Source: Takakia lepidozioides
Lineage: Eukaryota > Plantae > Bryophyta
DNA: 64,000 nucleotides
Direction of reading: 5' to 3'
Assembly (NCBI GenBank): GCA_030704615.1
Contig: CM060733.1
Location: 32,798,001 to 32,862,000 of the forward strand
Part shown: one piece after another, positions 23,431-37,300 of the stretch
Layout: every line of letters begins with the position of its first letter
Numbering within the stretch: position 1 is the first letter of the stretch
Made by a program: the position numbers and the translations under genes
Notes under the pieces: generated by a model
Told to the model about the DNA's origin: nothing
The model's input: only the letters and a program-made list of their open reading frames with translations
Databases searched by the model: none

Positions 23431-24958
23431 TTCATAAATCTTATATTTGTTAAATGTTACCTTCTGTAAATGTTAATGTGTTAACCCTAACCCCTTCATA
23501 ACTGTTAATGTGTTAACCTTGTCTAAATGTTATTTTTTCCCTACTCCCGACTGTTAACATTTATCCAGGGCAGACTGGAGCACCCCAGACTCAATTCTTT
23601 GTAGCCAGGCTATTAATGCGCCCCCTCCCTCTCCCCGCTAGCACCCTTACGGTCATGACTCATCACTGAAATATTGCACCTCACGAGGTTATTTTTTTCA
23701 CGAAAATCCTCTCACTTGGGGCCTGATTTGTGAGCTGTCGCACCCAGGAAAAAAACAATTGTTGCGGATGGCTACGGTACAATTGTGTAGGCGTTAAATA
23801 AAATAATAATAAGCCGGTGTAAACGGAACATTCTAGAAAGTTCCAGTGCAGGCTGCTGTTCCCGCGTACGCGCTCAAGTAATTCGCGCGCAGGCAAACAC
23901 ACCAACGAGCACAGTGGAGCCTTCAACGGAACCCTGCGGCTCACCCCTATACCCTATACCTCTGGTGAGAGTGGCGAGAGAGGGCTGTCACGTGGCGGGA
24001 TTCCATTCATGGCTGAACCTGCCACGACGACAGTAATGAAGGCTGAATCCGTCCATATATAGCATATGGCTTGCACGGTTCCGTGCAAACGTTATGGGAT
24101 AATTGCAATACGTATGGCATTTTTAGGTAGGCCCAACTTGTCCCGATGGGCTGACGCCCAGTGCGGAGTGCCGCAACGGAGAGAGAGAGAGAGAGTCTCT
24201 TCTCTGTGGCTCGATCTCGTCTTTCAAAGCCATTTGTTGATCTCGGCACGAATGCTGCAGAGGAGCTTGTGTGGGGTGGGTGACGGTGGAGTGTTTGCTG
24301 TGTAAGGATGGGTTGTCATGGTCGGTTGCTTGAAAGATGCGGGAGTGAACTAGGGTTTCTGCTATGGAGGCAGGTGTGCAATGTGGGTGCGGATGAATGC
24401 GAGAGGACCAGATTTCAAGCGCAAGAGTACCAGGGAGGCGGGTGGGGTGGATAGGTACAAGATTCCAGGGTGGGTAGATGGTCAATTGGAGAAGCTGGAA
24501 GCAGCTAGGCGGGTTGCTAAAGCTAGCGCAGGTGGAGCTGGATTCGGGCGCTTCCCCCCTACTCTTTTGCGGAAGCAGACCTCAAGGACAATTTTCCATG
24601 TTAGTTGCATGGGTTTCCTTCAAAGTACTCTATCATATTTTTATGAGGGAAGTCTGTGAGCCACTGAGCTCCCAAGTAGCCGGGTTCTTCTCTTTCTTTA
24701 GACAAATGCAGCAGAGAAGTTGAATGCTGAAGGAGTCCAAAGAGGGGTAGCACAGTGGGGGGAGTTTCACCCGCATATTTTGATGTTGTCAGCTTTTGGC
24801 AGTGTGAAGTGGACACAGTTGGAAAGTCGGCTCTTTGTGGTTAATGCTTAGAAGGAGGTCACTATAATGAAGCTGCACCTAGTTGGTACATGTCGCGCTG
24901 TGATTTTTTATTCGTTTTGAGTAGCGGGGATTAGAGCTAAGAGTTTGAATCATGCAGG

Positions 24959-27484
24959 ATGGTAGGTTTGAATCAGGCACAGTCGTTTGGTTCAGGCACC
25001 TCGACTATGAACACTGCTTTTGAAAGAGGACCAAAAGGGGGAGTCAAGAAGAACTTTTTGGGCACTTGTGGCTATGTGAGGACTCTAAGGTCAGGACAAC
25101 TGAAAGAGGCGCCGCATGTTTTGAATCAAGGAGGAAATCCAGCGAACACCAACGCTAATTATGTCTGCCTGTTACAGGAATGTATCAAAATTAAAGGCCT
25201 TGCCGAGGGAAAGCAGGTGCACGCCCACATGATGCAAAGTGGATTGAAGCCAAACATCCCTCTACTCAACACCCTTGTCGACATGTACGCCAAGTGCGGT
25301 AGCGTGGTGGATGCACGCCTAGTGTTTGACAAGATGCCTGAACGAACAATGTTTACTTGGACTATAATGATGGCAGGATATGCAAAGCATGGGTGTGGTA
25401 GAGAGGGTTTCAAGATGTATCAGCAAATGAGACTGGAAGGGGTGGCGGCAGATAAGGTCACCTTCATTTGTGTTTTGAAGGTCTGTGCCAGCCTAGGAGT
25501 CCTGGAAGCAGGTAAAGAGGTCCATGCTGACATCATCAAAGCTGGAATTGCGCCAGACATCATTCTGGAGACTACCCTTGTTGACATGTATGCCAAATGC
25601 GGGAGTTTAAAGGACGCAAGGGAAGTATTCGATAAAATGGCTCATCGAAATGTGGTCTCATGGAATGCCATGATTTCAGCATATGCGCAGCATGGATGTG
25701 GTAAGGAGGCTTTACAGGTCTATGAGCAGATGATACTGGAAGGGCTGATGCCTGACAAGGTCACATTTGTTTGCATTCTCAATGCATGCGCCTGTCTGAC
25801 AACCCTGGAAAAGGGCAAAGGGGTCCATGCTGATATCATCAAATCTGGAATTGGCCCAGACCTCATTCTGGAGACTGCCCTCATCGACATGTATGCCAAA
25901 TGTGGGAACCTAAAACTTGCCAGACTAGTGTTTAACAATATGGGTCAAAGGAATGTGGTCACATGGAACACCATGATCGCAGGGTATGCTCAGCATGGAT
26001 GTGGCAGGGAGGCTTTTGAGACTTATGAGCAAATGATACGGGAAGGGATTAGCCCTGACAAGGTGACGTTGATTTGTGTTCTCAATGCATGTGCTAGCCT
26101 CACAGCCCTGGAAAAGGGCAATGAGGTCCATGCTGACATCATCAAATATGGAATTACTCCAGATATCATTCTGGAAACTGCCCTTGTCAACATGTATGCC
26201 AAATGCGGGAGCATGAAGGATGCGTGTCAAGTGCTCAACAATATGGCTGTACGGAATGTTGTCTCATGGAATGCAATGATTGCAGGATATGCTCAGCATG
26301 GCTGGAGTAGAGAGGCTTTTCAGATGTATGAGTCAATGATGTGGGATGGGGTGACACCCAATAAGGTCTCGTTCACTTGTGTTCTCAGTGCATGTGCAGG
26401 CCTGGTAGCCCTGGACAAGGGCAGAAAGGTCCATGGGGATATCGTCAAAGCTGGAATTGCTCCAGATATCATTCTGGAAAATACTCTTGTCGACATGTAT
26501 GGGAAATGCGGGAGCTTGAAGGATGCACGTCAAGTGTTTGACAATATGGCCCAACGGAATGTGGTCTCATGGAGTTCAATGATCGCGGGGTATGCCCAGC
26601 ATGGGTGTGGTTGGGAAGCCCTCCAACTCTTTGAACAAATGCAACAGGAAGGCTTGAAACCAAATGGTATCACCTTTGTATGTGTTCTCTCTGCATGTAC
26701 CCATGTGGGCTTGGTGGATGAAGGCTGTCACCACTTTGATTCCATGAGTCAGGACCATGGCATCACCCCTACTGCTGAGCATTTTGGCTGCATGGTGGAT
26801 CTTCTTGGCCGTGCAGGGCAATTGGATAAGGCAGAAGGCTTCATCGAGAAAATGCCATTTGAACCAGGTGCTGCTGTGTGGGGGGCATTGCTTGCTGCCT
26901 GCAGACTTCATGACGATATGGATCGAGCAGAACATGCTGCAAAATGCCTTCTCAAGTGCAATCCAGAAGATGCTGGATCTTATGTGCTCCTATCCAATAT
27001 GTACGCTGCTGCTGGGATGTGGGATGATCAAGCAAAGGTAAGAAAGATGATGGAGGATGTAGGTGTGAGAAAGGAGCCAGGACACAGCTGCATTGAGGTG
27101 GAGAACCAGGTGCATGCGTTCTGTGTAGATGACAAGTCACATCCACAAATTGAGAAAATACATGCTGAGCTGAGAAGATTGTCTTTGCATTTAAGGGAGG
27201 CTGGATATGTGCCGGACACACGCTTTGTGTTGCATGATGTGGAGGAGGAGAGAAAGGAAATTTCTCTTTGCCACCACAGCGAAAAACTAGCCATTTCCTT
27301 CGGGCTAGTGAGCACTTCCCCTGGGATGCCTCTCTACATCACCAAAAATCTTCGGGTTTGTGGTGACTGCCACACTGCCACCAAGTTCATCTCAAAGATT
27401 GCTGCACGAACAATTGTTGTACGGGATGCAAACCGCTTTCACCACTTCCAAGATGGGGTTTGTTCTTGTGGGGATTACTGGTGA
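24959..27484 (+). CDS. PLS-class PPR protein with E1-E2-DYW domains (organellar C-to-U editing factor)
   Basis: Intact intronless 841-aa ORF; 17 L/S/P motifs, PG box, HSEKLA, CGDCH, terminal DYW. Confidence 0.97.
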   Translation: MVGLNQAQSFGSGTSTMNTAFERGPKGGVKKNFLGTCGYVRTLRSGQLKEAPHVLNQGGNPANTNANYVCLLQECIKIKGLAEGKQVHAHMMQSGLKPNIPLLNTLVDMYAKCGSVVDARLVFDKMPERTMFTWTIMMAGYAKHGCGREGFKMYQQMRLEGVAADKVTFICVLKVCASLGVLEAGKEVHADIIKAGIAPDIILETTLVDMYAKCGSLKDAREVFDKMAHRNVVSWNAMISAYAQHGCGKEALQVYEQMILEGLMPDKVTFVCILNACACLTTLEKGKGVHADIIKSGIGPDLILETALIDMYAKCGNLKLARLVFNNMGQRNVVTWNTMIAGYAQHGCGREAFETYEQMIREGISPDKVTLICVLNACASLTALEKGNEVHADIIKYGITPDIILETALVNMYAKCGSMKDACQVLNNMAVRNVVSWNAMIAGYAQHGWSREAFQMYESMMWDGVTPNKVSFTCVLSACAGLVALDKGRKVHGDIVKAGIAPDIILENTLVDMYGKCGSLKDARQVFDNMAQRNVVSWSSMIAGYAQHGCGWEALQLFEQMQQEGLKPNGITFVCVLSACTHVGLVDEGCHHFDSMSQDHGITPTAEHFGCMVDLLGRAGQLDKAEGFIEKMPFEPGAAVWGALLAACRLHDDMDRAEHAAKCLLKCNPEDAGSYVLLSNMYAAAGMWDDQAKVRKMMEDVGVRKEPGHSCIEVENQVHAFCVDDKSHPQIEKIHAELRRLSLHLREAGYVPDTRFVLHDVEEERKEISLCHHSEKLAISFGLVSTSPGMPLYITKNLRVCGDCHTATKFISKIAARTIVVRDANRFHHFQDGVCSCGDYW

Positions 27485-28501
27485 AACTCCAGTCTGGATG
27501 GCAGAAAGTTATAGGGGGAGTTGAGACGAGAGAAGAATTCGACTCCAAGATAGGCTTAAAGTTAAGCGACAAGCAGCTCGTGGCACAACTGTGGTTGGCT
27601 TTATCCTGTCCAGGGGAGGCTTGAGAGAGAGGGACACACAGAGTCAGAGAGCGTGCTCGAACAAAGTCAGTGAAAGGAAGAGCTGCATATCAGCAGCTTG
27701 TGATGCAAGAATGATGAAATGGAGCAGGTTTGAGGTTATCTGACCCTAGCTCCAAAAGCATCTGAGCTACACTGGCACCAATAGTGGTGCAGTCACTGTC
27801 ACCAGCCAGGGCAAAGGTGGGGCCACTCCTTGGATTAAAAGGTAGAAATATGTTGGCGTCCTTTAGCATGCAAAGGAGAGAAGGAAAAGGCATAAACAGT
27901 TCGGTTTTCCTTCAGACCTATGTTTGATCCAATCTCAGATGTGCGAAGGTTGATATTTTTTAGTGTGCAGTTTACCTTCCACTCTCAAACTTCTACAACT
28001 CAAAATTTGGCATTGGTAGTAATTCATCCCAATACTGTTGAGTTCAATCTATTTGCAGCAGACTCGGCTGTAACTTTGGGAAATTTCATCAGCTAGGTTT
28101 GACAGTTAGACCTAAGGTGTTGAAGGGATTTGTAGAGGAACTCAGTGTATGGAGGGCTCACTCTGTTTTGGGGGGTGATGGCGGCACGTTTTGCAGTTGG
28201 CTGGGCTTCACTGCTTGCTCACCGAAGACCATTGCCTGTCCCTCATATTGCAGCGGTACTTCATTCTCCTCGTCAGCTTGTGCAATCCTTACTTTTGGAG
28301 ACATACTTCAATGAAGGAAGGGCAGAGAGAGGATGGTTTCCAGTGGGAAGCTAGTTAGAGAGAGAAAGAGGGAGAGAATTACTGTACATAGTCTGCAGGA
28401 ATCCCAAAGAGCTTAGAGAAAGAGGGATGGAGAAAGAGCCTTACTAGTTGTTTTGTATCTTACAGTTCCCTATACTTGCAAGTGCTGATGTTTATTGACA
28501 G

Positions 28502-29290
28502 GCTCTCATCAAGATGGGCATTCGAGGTGTGACCATTGCAGGTGTGCAAGGATTTGGGGCCCAAGGTGGAAGGGCTAGTATTATAGCAGCCTTCATGCCG
28601 GCGGCTCTAGCGATTGACAAGCTGGTAGAGTGTCCATGCCTTAATCCAATTACGCTTTCTTTTCTTTTTCTATTTGTCATTTTTTGAAAGGCACTTGGTG
28701 GAAGAGGAGAATAGCTGCCAGCTACAAAAACCTACAGTAGCACAGACAACCACTGCAGGCCCCTTGACCTAGAAGGCTCACAAGAAAACACCAGGAAAGC
28801 TGACAGTAATAGAACCACAGAATTCCACTAACCTATTCACTGCAGGGAAACTATGCAAGCTGTAACTCAGGTAGAAACTGACGAACTAATAAAGAAGCAG
28901 TCTGTGGGCACCGACCTGCATCTAGTCATTGTACCGTTTTTGATCTGGATCTGGGAGTGACTGTACTTTGGTGAGGTTAGGTTGGAGGTGGAGAAAAGTG
29001 ATTTGAGCCTGTGGATCCCTGGGTCACATTTGTTTACTAAAAACTGGTTGTTACATTGATGTGGCCAATAGTCTACAGCACTTTTGCAATGTGAGAAAAG
29101 AACCACCTGTCAGGCAACTGTATTCAACTGTAGTCAAGCTAATCCAGCAGTGGATGTAAATAGCAGCCTCAGTTGAGTATCTCTGAAGGGCATGTGAACC
29201 TGGCCTTTGTCATCGTCTTCTTGCAGGTTCTGAGTTCTCTGAAGACAGACAACTTTATGGTCAAAGTTAAGCTGGAGGTTGTAGTCTCAG
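28502..29290 (+). pseudogene. Nitrogen regulatory protein P-II (GLB1-like) relic, two exons
   Basis: After AG acceptors: ALIKMGIRGVTIAGVQGFGAQGG (from 28502) and GSEFSED/NFMVKVKLEVVVS (29227-29290, frameshifted by a 4-bp AGAC duplication). Confidence 0.8.
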
Positions 29291-31085
29291 CTACTGAAAC
29301 TCCTACTTCACAACTCATGTCACATAAGATAGCAGTCTAATTTTTCCCTGAACCCTTTCCCTTTGAGAGCTTCCTGACAGCTACTTTCTGCTGTCATAGA
29401 AAGTAAGTTGTGGAGCTATAGCATGCCAAATTGCATTGAATTCGCATGTCATTCAAAAAATCGCCCAACAAAAGATAAGCAAGTAACCCACACTAGTAGG
29501 GATCTTGCTGTTAGAAAGAAACCCACTACAGGGTTTGTAAAAATATAAACCATGCACAGTCTGCCCCTCCAATTGCTTGCCTTGTCTTCTTCCAGGTTTC
29601 ACAGAACACGTCTGTACTCTACTCTCACATGAAATCTTGGGACCCAAGCAACAGTAAAGGCCAATGTTCATTTCGCTTTATCCATCCCTCTCTCTTATGA
29701 ACTGGAAAATTGCTATTGAACTTGCTTCAGGCCTGTGGAAGATGAACTTTTCAGTGTTTTCCACACCCCACTCACAGTTGCAATAAGAACCAACTGTATG
29801 TGCAAACCTATGGCAGTCACAGCTAGCATATATGACTCAACATCCTCTAATCCCCACGGTATTGCCATCTGGTTCGACCATGCTATTGGCACAATTATCT
29901 GAACATTAGCAACAAAGTTGTTAGCTGCTAAATTTGCTATATTTTGTTTTCGATTAGTGCCTTTTATTGGGCGCACAAAGGTGGACACTGGACACGGGAT
30001 TTCACAGCCCACAGTCTTGGCCTAAGTTCTATCCAGTACCATCCTCGTTGATGCCCTCCATACTCCATACCTCTGGAGAGGCGCTGCCGGTGCTGAGATG
30101 GATACATTCATTGAGCCTAAAATATTCCTCGAATTTCCGTGAAAATTCTGCAGCCAAACGAAATTTGGTGAAACTAACAATTTTGCGAAACTAACACATA
30201 AAGAACAAGTAGCCCCTATACCTGAACATGTTATCCCATAGGCATGGTTTTTTTCTCCATAACAGGCGTGAGAGTGGGCGGTGAGGCTTCACCTCAAATT
30301 TACGGTCTTTGCCCATGGATAATTTTGCACGGCGAAACCAGCTTGAGAAGAAATCACACCGAAGCTAACAAGATGAAAAGGTCACTTTTAAAGCCCCTCC
30401 CATTCCTTTTGGATGTGGGATCGTTGGGTGATGGGATTTCGTATATAAAGTTTCGACTCAAGCTATATCACTAAGGGTTTCTCAATGCAAAACCCACTGC
30501 TGCTTAGGTTTGCGCCATATCACATATCATTTCTCAATGCAGAATTCACCACCGCCGCGCTATAGGTTTAGGGTTTCTGGCTACACTATTGAAAGTTTTG
30601 CCTCGCTGAATTGGCGCAGATGTACCGTACAATTGCACCAGTCCTCTATACCCGCTTATGGTTTTACACCGTTTTGAAAACATGTAATTCCTATGACCGA
30701 GGTTAAAAAACATAAAACTCCCATGACCGTGGGTTGTGCTCACGTGAGCATGCTCACGCTCTGCTTACAGGATACCACCACCCGTTTGTTGCATGCGCTT
30801 TTGCTTTCTTAGTTCTCCTAGACTATGGTATCGATACATTGCCATTTAATTTGAGTAATAAGCCTCTGTCCCCTTTCTGTGAAAAAAAAAATCTCTATGT
30901 TGGAGGAAAGAGAGATGAATGCTCCCCCTCCTCAAGGGCCTGAATTGTGAATTGTGAGTCGCGGCTATGGCCGGTGGTAAGCCTTGGCCTTAGTCTGGGA
31001 TTCAAATACCTATCATCTGTTTATCTGCCTTCAGGCTAGGGCTTTGCCCCTGTAATGCCTCCATGGCTCAGAAAGGGGTTTTTTT

Positions 31086-31867
31086 CAGTGTTGGGAGGTT
31101 ATTATCTTCTGTAAGACCCGCTGGTTCCAGGTGTTGGCGGTGTGAGGTTGTGGACATACCCACCGGAGATCAATACTAGATTTATTTAGGATTTTACATA
31201 CCCAGGGGTCATCAATCAAGTCCATTATCAAATTATTAGACAACATATCAATAACAATCAAACATGGATGATAATCTACTGTTATCAACCCGGGGTCGGG
31301 GTTTAAAAAAAAATTCAACCATTTTTTAAGAGCGCCCTGTCCATGTTAAATTTATACAAACTTATCAAAGTGATGAGAAATATTAACTAATTAAATTAGT
31401 CACTAATTAATACTAATACTAATGTACTTATTTAGGTGGCTACACTTATAAAGTTAGTTGGTATTCCTAAGTACTTTAAGTAGTTTGTATTTTAAAGGTA
31501 TGGTGTGTAAATTTGGGCAATCTTTGACAATGTTTAAGTATTAGTATCACTTGCCGGATTAATATGTTTTTAAGGGGGTAGTAAACCCCTGAAATAACGG
31601 GGAAGGGTTTCAAAACTAAAATGCAACATTTAATGTGGACGGCATTGAGTTCAGGTGAAGAGTTAGAGCCTATACATATGAGATTCAACATCTGAAAAGC
31701 AACATGTCTAGCCACTTGATATTGATACGTGGGAAATCTAGTTTTTTTAAGCCATCATAAATATCAATATTAATATCAACAAAGCCTTATCCCAGGGTCC
31801 AGGTCCTCATATCCACATTGATACCTATGTTGATACCCTTTACGTACCCAATACCCTCCCAACATTG
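31086..31867. mobile_element. hAT-like MITE A
   Basis: TIR CAGTGTTGGGAGG / CCTCCCAACATTG; TSD not matched. Confidence 0.6.
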
Positions 31868-31875
31868 TTTATTAC

Positions 31876-32512
31876 CAGTGTTGGACTGGTATACCTGGTT
31901 TAACCTAGGTATGGAATATAGGTATGAATATATATATTGAAGAACATACCAGTCGGGTATGAAAGAACCAGTGTACCTATACTGGGGGAGTATGGCTTTA
32001 GGATTCCCCGCACACATACCATACCAGTCTGGGTATATGGAGGAATAGCATGGTCCGGATACCAGTATTGCGGTGAGTTGGAGGTAGGTATGAGTATATG
32101 TTAGTGCAGCTAGTTATACCCTGTACTACAATTTGGTTAATTCAAGGCTCCATGTTGCAATTTAGACTTCATTTGCTGCTACTTTGGGTTACCTTTGCCT
32201 AGTGTTTCACGGCTTGGATTAAAATTAGCTATGTGCTAAATGACATTTATTTCTATGTATGGTGAGCTGTAAAAATACCATACCAAGTGCTCATACCGTC
32301 CCCCCCCCCCCCCCCCCCGGTATCACTACAGAGAAAGGCCAATACTAGTACCATACTCATATACAACCCAAAGTACAACTACTCATACCAGATTCATACC
32401 CAAGTTGCCATACTATATAGATACCTATACCAGCCTGGTATGAAAAAAGGGTGGGACCCTTCATACCAGGACCAGTCTGGTATTAAAAAATGGACATACC
32501 AATCCAACACTG
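31876..32512. mobile_element. hAT-like MITE B
   Basis: TIR CAGTGTTGGA(C/T)TGGTAT, exact 8-bp TSD TTTATTAC, GGTAT/ATACC subterminal repeats. Confidence 0.9.
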
Positions 32513-33073
32513 TTTATTACCCCCTCAAGGCCGATGTTTCCTTGGAATATATATATATATAAAATCTGGGAGCGACAGCTCACAAACCAGGCCCCTAAAA
32601 TATATGTAGCTATATGTATATACATGTAACATATGACTGGAGCATTCTTTTGAAGATCTGTTTTTCATTATACGAGGAAATTAAGAAAATCAAATTATTG
32701 GTATTTCCCTCTAAGACGGCCCACTTCTTTCTTGTCTTTATCTGTATGTTTCTTTACTTCTTGTCCCTTTCCTAGTACGATTCAGAGATAAGCTGAAAAG
32801 AAATAAGCAAAGAATGAAAAAAGTTGGAAAATCTTTATGGAGAGGAAGTCATTGTTCCTCGGCATTCCCGCCTACACCCTTGTTTGCAAACCTCAAAAGA
32901 AAGGCAACGGTATAACCGAGGGACAGTAACTTCCCTTACTTATACATTTCATTTCTTCTTCCCATCGTTATGTCCTGCCCTACCTCCCTTTTCTTCCTCT
33001 CCGTTGCCCTTCCATGCTCGTCTAGGTACAGGTTTTGTTAACGTCTCAAAGGACTACGAACAGATCAAGAGGG

Positions 33074-33384
33074 TGTTGGAAAACAGCTCTATAATCTATA
33101 ACGTGACTTATAGATAAAGTTACAGACATTAAAATTAACTGTCTATTTATAAAGGCTTTTGTCTTAAAGTTAAAGCTAGTCCATTATGAGACTACTTATC
33201 ATATAGTAAAAGTAGGTCTAAAAAGCAAATATTTAGTGATTGCTTTTAGCTTAGCTAGAACTATATAAGAAGCTTGGGGATGAACCCGCATATCAGTTGT
33301 TCTTGTTGTGTGCTTCTATGGTTGGGTGGAGAACTTCTATACAATCCTCTTTCCTCTTTGTTGTTCTATCTACGTTTTTCAACA
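33074..33384 (+). repeat. Short LTR of an unrelated family (Copia- or TRIM-like)
   Basis: TGTTG...CAACA ends, internal CTATATAAG, preceded by AAGAGGG and followed by TGGTA. Confidence 0.5.
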
Positions 33385-33638
33385 TGGTAGACTTTGGAGA
33401 GATGAGAGCTCGTGGCGTCGCGGTTAGGTGTTTCAGTTGCGGGTCAAGGATTTCTGTGTGTTTGTGATGTGTGCCGGATCTTAGGTTTTGGATTCTAAGG
33501 AGTCATTTGAATTGATTTCCAGGTGGTACCAAGGGCGGACCAAGGTTGTGTGTGTTGCATGACATTGAGGGGATTGGTAGCAGAAGTTCATTTCCTCCAC
33601 TTGCTCCTCCTCTTCAAGCAGTGCCTATAAGCACCACT

Positions 33639-34352
33639 TGTCGCGGCCCTTTGCCTTGAGGGCAGGGGGTCGGGACACAAGAGGGGCTGCCCCTGTGGTG
33701 GGGGCAGTGGCAGCGATAGGTATGGGGGGCTGAAGCACCCTTGAGTGCCCAAAGCACTCAAGGAGGCGGAGGCGCTCACTAGGTGGAGCCCCGCACACCG
33801 GGTTGCGGTGGGGGTGGCTCCACAAGGGGTGGTGGTAGCTTAGCGGGACTTAGTGGGGGTGACATAGGACTCACCCTGGGGTGGAGACCTCGTGGTGGGA
33901 GTCGTGGGGAGTCTTGGGACTCATCACGGTCCATAGGGGCCGTGGTAGGTGGGCCAAGACTCACCGCGACTCATCACCGGGAGTCGAGGGTGTTCGTGGT
34001 GGTTCGCCATAAAATGGCATGGTTGTTTGTGAAACCCCGCGGACAGCTACAGAAGTATATATAGGGAGTAGTAACCCCGAGAACGGTGCAAGCCCGTTGG
34101 TGACCAAAAACTAGTGAGTAAGCGAGCGAGCCGGAAAGCGACCAAAGAGTGGGGAGCTGTTCCGGACTGCCAACTACCAAAGGGAATTCCGCTGGCTCCA
34201 AATCGTTGGAGGGTTCTTTGGGAGATCAAAGGGGGGACCGCGAGCAGCCGAAGCTCCAAGTTGGCCCGGCGGCCAGGTTGGGAGTTAGGCGCGCGCATCA
34301 AACGAGTAACTATGACTTGAGGGGGGAACTTACCGAAGTGAGGTGCGCGACA
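33639..34352 (+). repeat. 5' LTR of Gypsy copy 2
   Basis: TGTCGCG...CGCGACA ends. Confidence 0.95.
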
Positions 34353-34353
34353 C

Positions 34354-37300
34354 TTGGTATCAGAGCTTAGAGTTCAATACGCGATCGTCCTTGAGATTGG
34401 CCTCATCGTGGGGTTGGGCAAGCCAAAGCGACAGCGGAACGGCCCAAAAGATGATGATCCTGTTGAGCCCAATGGGGGCGACGTGTCACCGAGGCGGCCG
34501 TTTGAGGAAGCGATGCATGTTTCCGAAAATGAGGCCGCTCAAGAGCGGGAGGAATCGGAGCCTGAGGAATCCCTGAGAGCTCCGACCGACCAACAGATGC
34601 CTCCGATGTCGGCAGCCTTCTGGGAAGGGTTGTTGGCGCAATTTGGTGGGACGTTGAAAGACGTGTTGAAGGCGGCTAATGCCACTTCCACTAAGGCAAA
34701 GTTTAAGGTGAAGCCTAAGGAACCCGGCACCTTCGAGGGCGTCCGAAATCGGAAGGCACTCAACACCTGGTTCTTGGAGCTAGAGCAGTACTTCCGGGCG
34801 GCCAAGTTGAGTGACGAGGATCGGGTGGAAGTGGCTCCCACCTATTTGAGGGGCTATGCTCAACAATGGTGGCAGAAACACCTTCACGACCGAGGTCCAA
34901 GCCCGGAAACCTTGAACTGGAGTGGGTTCAAGGAATTGATGAAGAGGCAGTTTGTGCCCCTCAACGCGTCCTGGCTCACCCGGGACAAAATGAGGAATTT
35001 GAAGCAAACAGATGACATTCGGGGATATGTCCAGGCTTTCAATGTGTTGTTGCTCGAAGTCGCGGACATGGCAGAACCAGAAATGGTCTTCAACTTTGTG
35101 GCGGGACTGGCCCCATGGGCCAGACGGAAGTTGGAGGAGAAGCCACCTAAGACTTTGAACGAGGCAATTGAGAGGGCTGAATGTTTCTCGGATATCCCTA
35201 AGGGTGAAAGACAAGGCCGTACGGAGCTGAACCACAAGAAGACCCGGCGGGAAGGTGACTCCTTCCGACCGGAAAAGAAGTGGGATAGGCCACGCGGCGA
35301 CAATGGCACGTAGAAATCGAAGGGAGGGCCTTCACAAGTCAAGGCGGCACCCGATGCTTCGAAAGGAAAAGCGGGTGGAGCGGCCTATGGCGGACAGAAG
35401 GCGACCTTTGATGGAGTGTGTTTCAATTGCGGGGAGCCCGGGCACATGGCCAAGAAGTGCACGAAGCCCCGGCAATTGAACATGACTCGGGCGACCACAG
35501 AGCTGTCGGAAGATACCATCAGCCGCTTGGTGGAAGCGGTGGTCGCCAGGACTTGCAAGGTAAGCAAATTTTCTTGTGAGTTGTATCAGGAAACTGACGC
35601 CTTACGTAAAGGGAGTCAGTTATTGTTCGTGGATGGGATAATATCCGAAACTAACGTGTCGTTGTTGGTGGACACATGAGCGTTGCACTCCTTCATGACA
35701 CCGACAACGGCACAAAAGCTGGGACTCCCGACAAGTGACGTGGGGGCCTCTATTGAGGTGCGTTCTGCTAAAGGAGAACCGCAATTGGCGACAAGGTTGG
35801 CGTTAGATGTTCCTCTTCAACTGGGGAGTTGGGAAGGACGTGAGAACTTCACCATCTGCGAGATCGATGGAGTAGATCTCATTTTGGGGATGACCTTTTT
35901 GAGCAAATCCGGAGCGGTCATAGATGGCCGCAAGAGAGTAGTCACGCTGCCATGTGGGAATGGTGGCGAGGTCTTATGAGTGTCGGAAACGCCCAAACCC
36001 GTGGGAGGACGAATAAACCTTCTGTCAGCAAGGGAGTGGGCCGTGGAGGAGACACACGAGCCCCAGTTTTTGCTTTACATTAGAGAAGTGAAGGGAGAAG
36101 GCGATGGGGAGCCGAGCCCAGATTGGATCAAGGGGATTTTGGAGAAATACCAGGATGTGATGCCGGAGGATTTACCAAGCGGCTTGCCACCGCGAAGAGG
36201 AGTTGACCACAAGATTGAGGTGATACCGGGATCGGAACCGCCTGCCAAGGCGCCCTACCGGTTGAGCCACAGAGAGTTGGTCGAGCTGAAGACTCAACTT
36301 AAAGATCTAATGTCAAATGGGTACATTCAGCCGAGTAAGTCATCTTACGGAGCCCCGGTGCTATTCGCAGACAAGAAGGATGGGACGCTGCGGATGTGTG
36401 TCGATTACAGGGCTCTAAATAAGGTGAATCTAAAAAACCGGTAACCTTTGCCAAGGATCGACGACCTTTTCGATCGGTTGGCAGGAGTGAAGTATTTCAG
36501 CCGGATCGATCTGCGCTCCGGCTATCATCAAATTCGAGGGGCGGAAGGAGATGAGGAGAAGACCGCGTGCATGACAAGGTATGGTTCATATGAGTTCTTG
36601 GTGATGCCTTTTGGACTCACCAATGCTCCCGCGACCTTTAGCACGCTGATGAACAGTCTTTTCCAGGAGTGGTTGGATGACTTTGTGATCGTGTACATCG
36701 ACGACGTCTTGGTGTATTCGAAAACAAAAGAGGAGCACCTGGAGCACCTCAAAAGGGTGTTCTAGAAATTGCGGGAAGAGAAGCTGTATGCCAAAGCTTC
36801 AAAGTGCGAATTCGGGGTCACAAAAGTGGAGTTCCTGGGGCATGTGATTACACAGGATGGGATCAGAATGGATGATAGGAGGGTGAGGGCAATCTTGGAC
36901 TGGGAGCCTCCGACTTCGGTCCCGGGAGTGCGATCCTTCCTAGGACTCGCCTCCTATTACCGGAAGTATGTGAGAAATTTCGCCAAGATCGCGGGGCCGC
37001 TGTCAGACCTTCTGTGTAAATCCAAAGTCTGGGCATGGAACACCTTTTGTGGCCAAGCTTTTGCTGAATTGAAGCAGCGGATGGCGGAAGCTCCAGTCTT
37101 GAAAATCCCGGAGTTCGATCGTCCGTTCGAGATTCATACAGATGCGTCGGACTTCGCGATTGGGGGTGTACTGATGCAAGATGGACGTCCAGTGGCTTAC
37201 GAAAGTAAGAAACTGAATGAACCCAGTGAAGGTGTTCACGGACAATGTCACGGTGAAGTATTTTGCCACGCAGCCCAAGTTGTCCCCAAAACAACTTAGG

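Noticed and set aside
27690-27893. Possible Rossmann-like gene fragment on the minus strand
   Set aside because: Resemblance too weak to name.
29980-30782. Possible degenerate MULE MITE (GCTCACGTGAGC motifs, partial inverted match)
   Set aside because: TIR match is patchy and no TSD was found.
35311-35313. Programmed gag-pol readthrough at TAG
   Set aside because: The stop lies before the zinc knuckle and the copy has many other stops; decay is more likely.
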